A stretch of DNA of 64,000 nucleotides from a virus. Lineage: Duplodnaviria; Heunggongvirae; Uroviricota; Caudoviricetes. Each line of letters begins with the position of its first letter. The first letter of the stretch is position 1. The translations under genes and the position numbers were made by a program. Below, piece by piece: positions 35,551 through 44,529 of the stretch. The stretch is from IMG/VR virus record IMGVR_UViG_3300006201_000009; one strand, 5' to 3'. Below the pieces are notes generated by a model that was not told the origin of the DNA, did no database searches, and was given only the letters and a program-made list of their open reading frames with translations.

Positions 35551-36913
35551 TTTGTCTATTCTCTCTTATATAAGCAAGAAATTCGTGAAGTGTCATCTCT
35601 TTCCCGTTATCAGCAAGTATGCACTTACGTGGCGTGTCAAATGTATTGCGTACATCGTCTACAAACTCTCTGATGACAGTAGAATCACCAAAGTTAATGT
35701 TTTTAACGGCGGCAATGGTTTGTTCGATAGCCATATCCCAATTACCTTGTTCCATATAAGAATTGATGTATCCCTCGTTACCACCAAGACAAGCGTGATG
35801 ATACAGGTGCGGATGGGGCAAATGGGTGTTGTTAAATTGTCCAGAAACGTAGCCTCTTCGAGCATTAAGACTTGAAAGGTTAACCAACCTGAACATACCT
35901 TCAACCCTAAAGACGCCCTTGTTTTCGGCAAACACCCCATAAAAGACATCTTTGATATCTTTACTTGCGCCACCGATTGCTGAATGTTGATTGTTATATA
36001 AGCGCAAGAATGCGTCGGCATCAAAATACTCTATCGTTTCGACAACAGAGAAGTCCATTACGTTGCCATCGGTGCCTTGCGAGGTATTACAAATTGTGAT
36101 CTGCCTATGCGACATAAAGAACTTGTAAACGCTGTCGTCTGCACTATTTCCTTGTGCTTGAAGTGCTTCTAAATTGATGCTGCTTTGATTGATCTTATTG
36201 AGCAAGCTTGTGATTTCCGCTTGATAACGTTCGATTGAACTGTGATATTCGTCGCATTGTCTTTTTAGAAGTGATATCTGCCTCGTGCGATAGCCGTCAT
36301 TCCAGCCGATAAGTACCTTTCTAAACCGAGATGACTTAAAATCATACGGCGCACATAAATTATCTATGATTGTCCTAAACGCATCCTCGTTTTTGTCGTT
36401 GATAGCTTTGAACAGATTTTTTTCGTCGTTACTTATGCCCTCGGTGAAATACCACGGAAGAATTCTGAACATTATGGAACAGAACATATCCATCCATTTT
36501 TCCGAAGAAGAATTTCTCACAAAGACGATAGTGCTTCTTAAAGCCATATTGGAATAAACGCGGGTTTCCGATGCACCGGAAAGATAGGGGGCGACAGGAT
36601 ATGGAGGCGTATCCAGCGCAACCCAACCCTCTTCGTTAATTGTAGGTAGCTGTGCGCCACGGGGTGCGGTTAAAATATAGAGTTCGATGCCATATTCTTT
36701 GGCGCGATAAGCATACTCGTTTCCGTTGGTACGCTCGTAAAACTGATCGGTTTCACACTTGATGGTTTTAATCGTTTCTATATCGCCCTGATGGTGTTTC
36801 AGGGCGATGAAACGTAAAACTGCTCCAAGCGTAAAACTACCCAAAGGGGAGTTATTATTGCCAAAGAAAGCGTTAGCATCAGAACTCGTGATGATAGTAT
36901 TCACGTAGTTCAT
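35528..36913 (-). CDS. Large protein with possible C-terminal E2/UBC-like element (HPH...C)
   Basis: THLPHPHLYHHACLGGNEGY resembles the UBC HPN-x(6-8)-Cys active-site context; position between Ubl-like and JAB genes. Confidence 0.3.
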   Translation of the reverse strand: MNYVNTIITSSDANAFFGNNNSPLGSFTLGAVLRFIALKHHQGDIETIKTIKCETDQFYERTNGNEYAYRAKEYGIELYILTAPRGAQLPTINEEGWVALDTPPYPVAPYLSGASETRVYSNMALRSTIVFVRNSSSEKWMDMFCSIMFRILPWYFTEGISNDEKNLFKAINDKNEDAFRTIIDNLCAPYDFKSSRFRKVLIGWNDGYRTRQISLLKRQCDEYHSSIERYQAEITSLLNKINQSSINLEALQAQGNSADDSVYKFFMSHRQITICNTSQGTDGNVMDFSVVETIEYFDADAFLRLYNNQHSAIGGASKDIKDVFYGVFAENKGVFRVEGMFRLVNLSSLNARRGYVSGQFNNTHLPHPHLYHHACLGGNEGYINSYMEQGNWDMAIEQTIAAVKNINFGDSTVIREFVDDVRNTFDTPRKCILADNGKEMTLHEFLAYIRENRQNEGAENG

Positions 36914-36938
36914 ATCCTGTACGCTCCTTTATGTATTC

Positions 36939-37175
36939 TTATCTTGCGCCGTCGGCTTTAACGATGCTGTTCAAGTTGACGGTTGCGCCGTCTGCCACGC
37001 CGAGCTGCTCGAAAGTCGAGTTCAAATCCGTTATCGTAAGAATGCTTCCGTTGAGGTTGACCATTGCGCCGGCAACGCCTGCATCCGCCTGTTCAAATAC
37101 CTGAGCGGGGGTCTTCGTTACTTCCGTGATAACTTCCTGGCGCATCGTGTTGGTTTTTACAAGAACTTTAATCAT
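36939..37175 (-). CDS. Small beta-grasp/ubiquitin-like candidate (78 aa)
   Basis: Size, predicted beta-rich fold, position at head of E2-JAB-E1 operon; ends ...VKADGAR (no terminal GG). Confidence 0.3.
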   Translation of the reverse strand: MIKVLVKTNTMRQEVITEVTKTPAQVFEQADAGVAGAMVNLNGSILTITDLNSTFEQLGVADGATVNLNSIVKADGAR

Positions 37176-37306
37176 AATGATTTCTCCTTAATTTTGATTT
37201 TTTGTGGATGTGGGTGACCGGTCACTGGCTCGCCGTACCTATCTGTCCTTTAAGTGAGCAACCCACAGGGGAATGGGGCGCGTTTCAGCGCCCCGCCGTC
37301 TGTTTG

Positions 37307-37708
37307 TTACGCTACGGTGATGCCGTCGATGAGCTTCTTGCGCTTGTCGGCAACCGCTTTCGCCGCTTCGGAAACACTCTTTTCGAGCTGTTCAAGGTAG
37401 GCAATCACGCCGCCGAACTCTTCCGCAACGAACTTCTTCGCTTCGTCGGTATTGAGATGAGGGGGGAGCATCTTGGTGATGGTTGCGCATCCTTCTGCGC
37501 CTTCGCCGCGCCCTTCGCCGCTGAACGTCACGCCGAACGGAGCAACGCTGGGTTTACCCTCGATGTAGTCTACGCCGAAAAGCGTTTTCTTGGTTTCTTT
37601 GTCCACGATAGTCAACGCTGCGGGGTTGTACTTCTTAAGAAGTGCGATGTCCGATACCTTGATGGTGGACGTGAGTGCATAAGCATCTCCGGTGATTGTG
37701 AGTTTCAT
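37307..37708 (-). CDS. Hypothetical protein
   Basis: AGGAGA RBS; upstream operator-like inverted repeat GTGTCTAAT...ATTAGACAC. Confidence 0.35.
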   Translation of the reverse strand: MKLTITGDAYALTSTIKVSDIALLKKYNPAALTIVDKETKKTLFGVDYIEGKPSVAPFGVTFSGEGRGEGAEGCATITKMLPPHLNTDEAKKFVAEEFGGVIAYLEQLEKSVSEAAKAVADKRKKLIDGITVA

Positions 37709-38166
37709 TACTTGACTCTCCTTTTGAAAAAATATTTTTTATCTCAACATTGAGTTGGATACAAACTATGTGTCTAATACATTGCCCCTCACTACATTAG
37801 ACACTTTTATAAACAATAGTAACGGAGAAACGAGAAGTTCGAGGGAACTTATTCGTTTTTGCAAATTACATTACCTATTCTGTATTGCGCTCCTTTATAG
37901 TTCTCGGTGTGCAAGTCAATAGGAACTTGCAACCAAAGCCCTGCTTCTCAGGACTAATAGCGACCTGTAAGTTATTCGCTCACTCCGCATCAATCTTAGT
38001 GTCGGGATCACACTTCGACTTGATTACGCATCCGTTCCATTTTGGATTATCTAATTGCCCTCTATGCCTACCGCAGGAAGAGGAGAGTGGGGCGGAGCCC
38101 GCTTCGGACGCTACGCTTTCAATTACAATGGCGTAGTCTTTTCTGATGACCGATATTTTATATATC

Positions 38167-39711
38167 TTAACCCTTAACGGCTTGCTCTACGAGAGCGTAA
38201 CGTTCGCTGTTAAGTTGTTCAAGCAAGCACTCAAACGGGTCGGTGGAATTGCTGAGAACCATTTTGACAATGGCGGGACTGAAACCGCTTACCAGAGCAA
38301 CGCCGAGTTCGTTTTCTTTTACGGGGATAGTTCCCGTGCGGCTGCAAATATTCCAGAAAACCAAGCGGGGGAGTTTGTAGCCGAGCTCTGCATAACGCTT
38401 TGCGATAACAGAGAAAAGCTTTTCGTCAACCCTCGCATATCCATATCCTGATCGACGAGAAGATACCGCACAGGAATCAAATTCCATATCGGAGAGGATA
38501 AGGATATTTGCGGGCAGTTCACTCTGCTTCATGTGTGCTTTTATCGCAGTTGTTAATATTAAGTCAAACACAGCTTCGATGTTTGTGTTTGCAACTTCAT
38601 TATGGGTGCGAGCAATGCCTATTTTATCGCGAAGCGATTTGCCGCTCGCGAGGTTGACGAGTTGCGGATGTTCGCTGAACGTGATGTACTTATCTTTGAA
38701 CTGCCCCGAACTTCTTTCGGCAAAGTAAATTGCCAAAGCGTTGGCGACATCGAGGCAAGAAACGCCCGTACCACCAACCGTCGAAGTCATACTGCCAGAC
38801 CCGTCGGCTACGCAGATCGTGTTGCCGTTTTCTTTGACGTAATCGGGAAGTGCCTTCCACATTTCTTCAAGGGCGGTATCCTTGTCCAAAAGACCGCCCC
38901 AGCTTCCTTTGCTGTATTTGTGAACGATATCGTGAGGGAAGAGGACACCCGCATTGATTTTTGTTTCACCCCTTTCGAGCTTGGAAAGATACTCTCTACG
39001 GCGTTCTTCGTCGTTGCGCAAGAAAGCTTTGTTGTAGATAAGGTTCGCTCTCGACGGAACCGCTGCGTATTCGATCGCCGACCACTCACGGTTGCTCATC
39101 TTAACTTCTACTACGTTCGTATAAGAGCGCAGAGCGGAGAGCATTTTACGATACTGTCTCTCAGTGATGCCGAGCTGACCGATAAGCAGTTTTGCATAGC
39201 GGCGAGTTTCTGCGGAAGAAGCATTTGCGGACGGCATCCATTTTGCACACAGCGAAATCGGTTGTTTGCGACCATAATTGCTCATATCACTGTCCAGCTG
39301 CTCTTTGATGATTGCCACAACCTCGTTGTGAAGCGCGGTGTCGAGCAGAACGATGAGATTATCCCATCGAGTGTATTCGGGGATGAGCTTGAGAAGTTTC
39401 AACGCAACGGCAGGTTCTTCCTGAATAAGATATTCCATACCGATACGGAACAATCTGCGTTCACCAAGACCGCCACGAACATCGCCGGCATAGAACAGCC
39501 ACTTGATAGCGAGCAATTTATCTTCGTAATATGCCTTTGCAAATCTCGCTCTGATATTTGCAGGAACCTCGTTACGTAACGAAGACACCGCAAAGTTGAT
39601 GTCGAGCAAAGCCTTGCCCGAAGTACGATACCCAACCGCGCCGTTTTCGGTACGCGATTCGTTGAAGTCTTCGCCGAGCGTGCGTTTGAGATTGTCCATA
39701 AAGTTGTTCAT
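38167..39711 (-). CDS. rsr: Ro60/Rsr-like protein (TROVE-like N-terminal region + vWA domain with MIDAS)
   Basis: vWA MIDAS CVADGSGSM; ~515 aa; GGAGG RBS before MNNFMDNL; the 611-aa ORF-track version is an artefactual extension across two tRNA-like genes. Confidence 0.5.
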   Translation of the reverse strand: MNNFMDNLKRTLGEDFNESRTENGAVGYRTSGKALLDINFAVSSLRNEVPANIRARFAKAYYEDKLLAIKWLFYAGDVRGGLGERRLFRIGMEYLIQEEPAVALKLLKLIPEYTRWDNLIVLLDTALHNEVVAIIKEQLDSDMSNYGRKQPISLCAKWMPSANASSAETRRYAKLLIGQLGITERQYRKMLSALRSYTNVVEVKMSNREWSAIEYAAVPSRANLIYNKAFLRNDEERRREYLSKLERGETKINAGVLFPHDIVHKYSKGSWGGLLDKDTALEEMWKALPDYVKENGNTICVADGSGSMTSTVGGTGVSCLDVANALAIYFAERSSGQFKDKYITFSEHPQLVNLASGKSLRDKIGIARTHNEVANTNIEAVFDLILTTAIKAHMKQSELPANILILSDMEFDSCAVSSRRSGYGYARVDEKLFSVIAKRYAELGYKLPRLVFWNICSRTGTIPVKENELGVALVSGFSPAIVKMVLSNSTDPFECLLEQLNSERYALVEQAVKG

Positions 39712-39831
39712 AGTTACCTCCAATGAATTAAAATATGAGATTTTAACTCCAAGACGGGATTCAAAAAGAGATTTCAAGTCCTTGTTTTGTAACGTTGCTG
39801 TTACCGTCTTTGAGTTGATGGTACGAAAGAA

Positions 39832-39950
39832 TGGGAGCGGTGGGACTCGAACCCACGACCACGAGCTTAAAAGGCTATTCAGTAAAATTGCTGTGAGAGA
39901 TTTTACAAACCTCGTAGTGATACGTGCTCTACCAACTGAGCTACGCTCCC
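39832..39950 (-). ncRNA. Y-RNA-like tRNA mimic 1 (acceptor + D arm + T arm; anticodon arm replaced by 8-bp stem with 41-nt loop)
   Basis: GGGAGCG-TA-GCTCAGTTGGTAGAGC ... GTGGG-TTCGAGT-CCCAC-CGCTCCC-A; no CCA. Confidence 0.55.
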
Positions 39951-39956
39951 AAATGA

Positions 39957-40073
39957 TGGAGATGGTAGGACTCGAACCTACAACCTTCGGCACCCTATGC
40001 AAAAGTAAAGTTGCTGTATGAGCCTAACAAGACTCGTCTTTAACGACGCTCTATCCAGTTGAGCTACATCTCC
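39957..40073 (-). ncRNA. Y-RNA-like tRNA mimic 2
   Basis: GGAGATG-TA-GCTCAACTGGATAGAGC ... GTAGG-TTCGAGT-CCTAC-CATCTCC-A; expanded central region; no CCA. Confidence 0.55.
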
Positions 40074-40491
40074 ATAAAAGGTAGGGAAGGGAAGAAAGTG
40101 GTTTTTGTGAGGAAAGTATCAATTTCTTCTTTTAGCTGTAAACGTGTTTGCTGTGTGCGAACCCTACCCATTTCGCAATAACAACACATTCTTCCCTTAA
40201 CACAAGGCACAAAATATAGATGTTAAATTTACCATAAAAATTTGATCTAAATAATTGCTGTATGTGCCTTTACTATATATAGTTTTACAGGCGATAACTA
40301 TAAACGCCAGCAGCCATCCAATGTTTTAAGCCCACGGGTTGCCATGACAGGCTCTCATCAGCCGACGCTACTGATGAGCAAATGTAAGTACAAGACGCTT
40401 TAAGTTTGCGGGAGTTGAACCCGCTCAAATTCTTTTACAGGAGAATATTTTTTACCGTTTATATGTAAGTTGTTGTAAGCGTCTTTCAACA

Positions 40492-40677
40492 TTAGTTATT
40501 TAATATACATAAATTTTTAACAGGTTCGACATCAAGCCTGTGTGAATGATCGTTTTCTCGATATCCGACGGCAAGCACTTCGTCATTTTTAACAACAAAA
40601 GCAAGAATAATAAATACGCCGCGCATATCTCGATAATCTTCTTGACAGGCTCTCAATTTGGGGAATAATTGTTCCAT
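40492..40677 (-). CDS. Hypothetical small protein
   Basis: ORF only. Confidence 0.25.
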   Translation of the reverse strand: MEQLFPKLRACQEDYRDMRGVFIILAFVVKNDEVLAVGYRENDHSHRLDVEPVKNLCILNN

Positions 40678-40689
40678 AAAAGACTCCTT

Positions 40690-40887
40690 TTATTGAGTGT
40701 TGTTGCACAAAGCGAGGAACTGAGGTTTAACTTTGTCTTGGAGCTCTTTTTGAACGGCTTCCGAGGCGAGTTCATGAGTGAACACAGAGCGACCGAGTTG
40801 CTTTTCAATAAACTCGTGTAGCTCTCCAAAATTAGTCATAAGAAATCCCGTGTAAGCCGATACAATAAGTTTTTCTTCTTGTGTCAT
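40690..40887 (-). CDS. Hypothetical small protein
   Basis: ORF only. Confidence 0.3.
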   Translation of the reverse strand: MTQEEKLIVSAYTGFLMTNFGELHEFIEKQLGRSVFTHELASEAVQKELQDKVKPQFLALCNNTQ

Positions 40888-40896
40888 ATTACTCCT

Positions 40897-41541
40897 TTAT
40901 TGCTCCGTATTCGCAAGTACTATTACTTCCTTGCCGATGTCATCATTCTCAAACGATGTTCCGGCTTGACAGTAAAAATTGCCAATACGGTCTTCGTGCA
41001 CTTTGACTTTTCTTACTTTCGATATTGCAAAGTCGCATTCGTCGGTGTAGCTATATCCGGCGACAACAAGATTTTTATCGTATTTTTGTAAAGCTTTAAT
41101 AAGCTCTCCGACAGTCATTCGTTTGGGTTTTTGAGTAAACTTTTTAGGAATATGGGCAAGTGCTTCTTCGTATGTTGCAAATGCAAGCCCTGCGCTTAAA
41201 ATGCCTTTATCAATGTGATCGTCGCACCAATACAACTTTTTGACTTGATATTTCCCGAACCATCTTCCTGGCGTATAATAAGCACACCCGAGGCGAGGAA
41301 AATCATTGCAGTCAATGATGCCCCAATGCTTAATTTTTTCAAAGTTTATCGTTGTTCTGCCTACGCCATAGTAAAACCAGCGATTTGCATTATATGCGTA
41401 ATATCCAAGGGCAATAGCATTTTTATCTTCGGACACTATAACAACTACGCTGGCGCTGCCGCACTTTTCCTCGTCGGGCGGTGGCAACTTGTCGTTGACA
41501 TCAAACCATTGAATGTTTTTGCGATTTTCTAACTCTTGCAT
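40897..41541 (-). CDS. Hypothetical protein
   Basis: ORF only. Confidence 0.3.
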   Translation of the reverse strand: MQELENRKNIQWFDVNDKLPPPDEEKCGSASVVVIVSEDKNAIALGYYAYNANRWFYYGVGRTTINFEKIKHWGIIDCNDFPRLGCAYYTPGRWFGKYQVKKLYWCDDHIDKGILSAGLAFATYEEALAHIPKKFTQKPKRMTVGELIKALQKYDKNLVVAGYSYTDECDFAISKVRKVKVHEDRIGNFYCQAGTSFENDDIGKEVIVLANTEQ

Positions 41542-41553
41542 AAAACCTCTTTT

Positions 41554-41775
41554 TTATCGATTGAGAGCACCGGAATTCTGCAACCGAGTAATATAAGTCA
41601 AAGAAAGCCTTGCTATCTTAGCGGTACAGTCGTTGGTATATTTGAATGGCAAGAGTGGGCAGTTGTTACAACGCGGTTCGCTAAGTGTTGCGCAGTTAAG
41701 CAATATATTGTAAATCAATTCATCAGGAATATCTGCGCAAATTGACATACAGTGCTCTATTAAATTCTGTGCCAT
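41554..41775 (-). CDS. Small Cys-rich protein
   Basis: CxxxC / CNNCP. Confidence 0.25.
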   Translation of the reverse strand: MAQNLIEHCMSICADIPDELIYNILLNCATLSEPRCNNCPLLPFKYTNDCTAKIARLSLTYITRLQNSGALNR

Positions 41776-42053
41776 AACAATCTCCTTATGGATTTTATAT
41801 TTCCCAAACGCGGTAAGGATTGAAAGTTACGAAGCTCGTCGCAGACTGAGCTGAGTAACGGAGTGTGGAGGCGCTCGCGCCTCCTTTTCAATCCATGTTA
41901 TTTTGCGTAAATGATGATGAAGACAGAACTGGGCGGTAGCCCGTGATGTCTTCATGATGGTTTACGTCAAAATGAGACAACGTTTTGTTACATTCGGTAA
42001 GACCAAATGCCCAAAAATGATATGTATTTGGAATAACCGTTTGGGTACATACG

Positions 42054-42395
42054 TTACGCCGGCACAGCCAGCAGTTGGTTCATCGTTTCGATGTCCGTAA
42101 ACACAATTCCTTTATTCGGAACTGTAACGCATTCTTTTTTGATAGCCACCCAACGACCTGTCGGTATGGGTTTGTCGCGTTCATCACGCCGTGCTTCAAC
42201 AACAAGCACTGCGTCCTTGAACTTTTCTTTGCATTCGGCACAAGGTTCGAGGCTCGTACACATATGTTGTGGTGCTTCGCCGTCGTAGTTCGCGCCGAGT
42301 AAAGCAATTTCGCCCGTTTCTTTCCCGCAATAGAAGCAGGTCGATAGGGTGGGATTTAAGCCGTACTTTGCGTGTAACCTTATACTATTAGACAT
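42054..42395 (-). CDS. Hypothetical zinc-ribbon protein
   Basis: CFYCG...CAEC; preceded by AAAGGAG RBS and GTGTCTAAATATG motif. Confidence 0.35.
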   Translation of the reverse strand: MSNSIRLHAKYGLNPTLSTCFYCGKETGEIALLGANYDGEAPQHMCTSLEPCAECKEKFKDAVLVVEARRDERDKPIPTGRWVAIKKECVTVPNKGIVFTDIETMNQLLAVPA

Positions 42396-42895
42396 AATCC
42401 TAACTCCTTTGTGTCTAAATATGTTTTATGCAATTCACAATCCTGTGTAACGTAGAAGGTGATCTCAGAAGGTTCCGGAGAAGCTTGGATACGGGAAAAA
42501 TTCGCAAGTTACCGTAACGAGAGGTCATTGAGAATAAGGAACTTAAAGAAATGTTACTTATCGTCTGCAATTATTAACTCGAAATGGTGAGGCGACCTGC
42601 TCCAAAGACCTTGGTTGTTCAGCCCGATGTCCAACGGCGGTGCCGTCGTCCCGCGGAGCTGCCTGCGGCGCCTGTCCGTCTCCCTGACATTTTGATACTT
42701 TGAGTTTTACCCAAAGCCCAAACCGTTAGGTAAGGAATACGATTGTGAAGTCCGCCAGCCACTCGGTAGGCAAAGGGGGATACCTACCGAGGGAGGTGTT
42801 TGTGAGGTATAAGACCTGTGCTGGCGGTGCGAAAGTGTCTAAATATGTCGTAAAAGCCTTAAAAAATTTAAGCACCTCGCAGGTGTCATTGGTGA

Positions 42896-42930
42896 TTGAC
42901 AAGACGATTATAAAACATATTTAGACATAA
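42896..42930 (-). promoter_or_regulatory. Consensus sigma70 promoter TTGACTTATGTCTAAATATGTTTTATAAT (leftward)
   Basis: Reverse complement of plus 42896-42930; paired with inverted partial copy at 42838-42858. Confidence 0.55.
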
Positions 42931-42973
42931 GTCAAGCGTTTTTACAAACTTTTTTTGATTTTTTTGAATTTTT

Positions 42974-43384
42974 TTATTCGTTCAAGAAGGTAAGCTGATT
43001 TGTCTGTGCTTTCTTCTTTTCACGATAGCGGCGATTATATTCCGCTTTCTTTGCTTTTGCCTTTTGTTCGGCGGAAAGCACTTCGGATTCGGGTGCTGCG
43101 CCGACGGGGGCAGGGGCGGTTCTGTGAACGGGCTGTTCGATTGCTCTTTGCGAGCGTGTCGTCAGCTCATACGACCTGATTTCGTCAAGTAACGCATACT
43201 TGGTGCGTTGGATGCGGCAGTAGATCGCATCATCCTTATGCACGACGAATTCCACGCCGGTGCAGTTAAGTTTGACTTTTGCCGAGCCGTTCTTGTCGAT
43301 TTTCGAGAGCAGTTTGTCGCAATGCTTTAACGCTTTCGATTTTTTGCCGATGGTTTCGGCGGTCACGATATCCATAATGTACAC
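42974..43384 (-). CDS. Hypothetical protein with basic C-terminus
   Basis: ORF only. Confidence 0.3.
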   Translation of the reverse strand: MYIMDIVTAETIGKKSKALKHCDKLLSKIDKNGSAKVKLNCTGVEFVVHKDDAIYCRIQRTKYALLDEIRSYELTTRSQRAIEQPVHRTAPAPVGAAPESEVLSAEQKAKAKKAEYNRRYREKKKAQTNQLTFLNE

Positions 43385-43433
43385 TCCTTATGAGAATAAA
43401 AAAGGCACCGCAAGGGTGCCGTTAGGTTTGTAT

Positions 43434-43841
43434 TTACTTTTTGGGTGATGCGGGTATCCAAGCGTCTTGGAATGTCATTGATACAGAAACATCACCTGTA
43501 GTCAGTGGACACGCTTCAAACGTATTCGCATATTTTAGCAACTCGCAAAATTTGTCAATCATATCAACAACGAATAGGCTTGATGTGATTTCCAAGCAAA
43601 GAGTTGTGCCCACAAGTTCGTCTGGACGAATTGTAATTTTCGCATCGCTATCGCAAAGCAAAGCTATTTCAGAGATTTCTCTTACCGCTTTTTCAACAAG
43701 CGGATAACGCTCTGCGTTTTTTATGAGATAGGCGGTGCGGGGCATATGATCTACATAGTAGTCGAGCAGTTCGTCAATTTTGTCTTTCACGCTATACCTC
43801 CTTATATGTTTTAAGATGATTGGCGGCAAGCGTGCAAGCAA
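43434..43841 (-). CDS. Hypothetical protein
   Basis: ORF only. Confidence 0.3.
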   Translation of the reverse strand: MLARLPPIILKHIRRYSVKDKIDELLDYYVDHMPRTAYLIKNAERYPLVEKAVREISEIALLCDSDAKITIRPDELVGTTLCLEITSSLFVVDMIDKFCELLKYANTFEACPLTTGDVSVSMTFQDAWIPASPKK

Positions 43842-44054
43842 CCAGCTAACGCAATCATCTATTTGATTTTTTTGCGGTAACTGTAAGTTGCCAAAAACAT
43901 ATCTTGCGAGATGTGATTATAAAAAAGGACGGGGGTTTACGATACCCCCAAAACGCAATGAAATGTTTTTCGTTTAAGCGAAAAACACACCACCACCCGT
44001 AGAAACGGGCATATAGCAAACCACCACGAATGCTATACTATAAAAAGTATATCA

Positions 44055-44363
44055 TCATGTGTCTGATTTGTCAAGATGTTTTTGAATAGTCACGCCATAC
44101 TTTTCTTCAACGGCACCTATACACAATTGTGTTATATTGAGCCCCGTATCGGATAGAAGTTTTTCAAGCACGGATTTGTTTTCAATAGGTATGCGCAATT
44201 TTGGCTCATATATCAAACCACGCGAGCGTTCGCGCTGTTTACGCTTCTGCTCTCTTATTTTATCGGGATGATTTGCCCGATATCGTTTTTGCGACGCATA
44301 GCCGCCTTCTTTGGTGGAAGAAAAGCCAGCCTTTGATGTTTTTTTATTGCTATCGTCCGCCAT
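44055..44363 (-). CDS. Hypothetical basic protein (possible DNA-binding)
   Basis: ORF; K/R-rich N-terminus. Confidence 0.25.
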   Translation of the reverse strand: MADDSNKKTSKAGFSSTKEGGYASQKRYRANHPDKIREQKRKQRERSRGLIYEPKLRIPIENKSVLEKLLSDTGLNITQLCIGAVEEKYGVTIQKHLDKSDT

Positions 44364-44529
44364 AATATACCTCGCTTAATATGTTATGTATATTATAGCA
44401 TAGCGCGACGTGAAAATCAATCGCAATCACGATTCGGTTTCGTTTTTTTACAATATTAGCGCATATCAGGGGCGTCATGTATCGCAATGACGCCCTATTA
44501 GTACGCTTACTTGACGTGATTAGCCGTGA

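Noticed and set aside
38167-40002. 611-aa ORF-track call spanning the Ro60-like gene and both tRNA-like RNAs
   Set aside because: The N-terminal ~95 codons are a chance in-frame read through two structured RNA genes. A strong GGAGG RBS precedes the internal MNNFMDNL start at 39711, so the CDS is 38167-39711.
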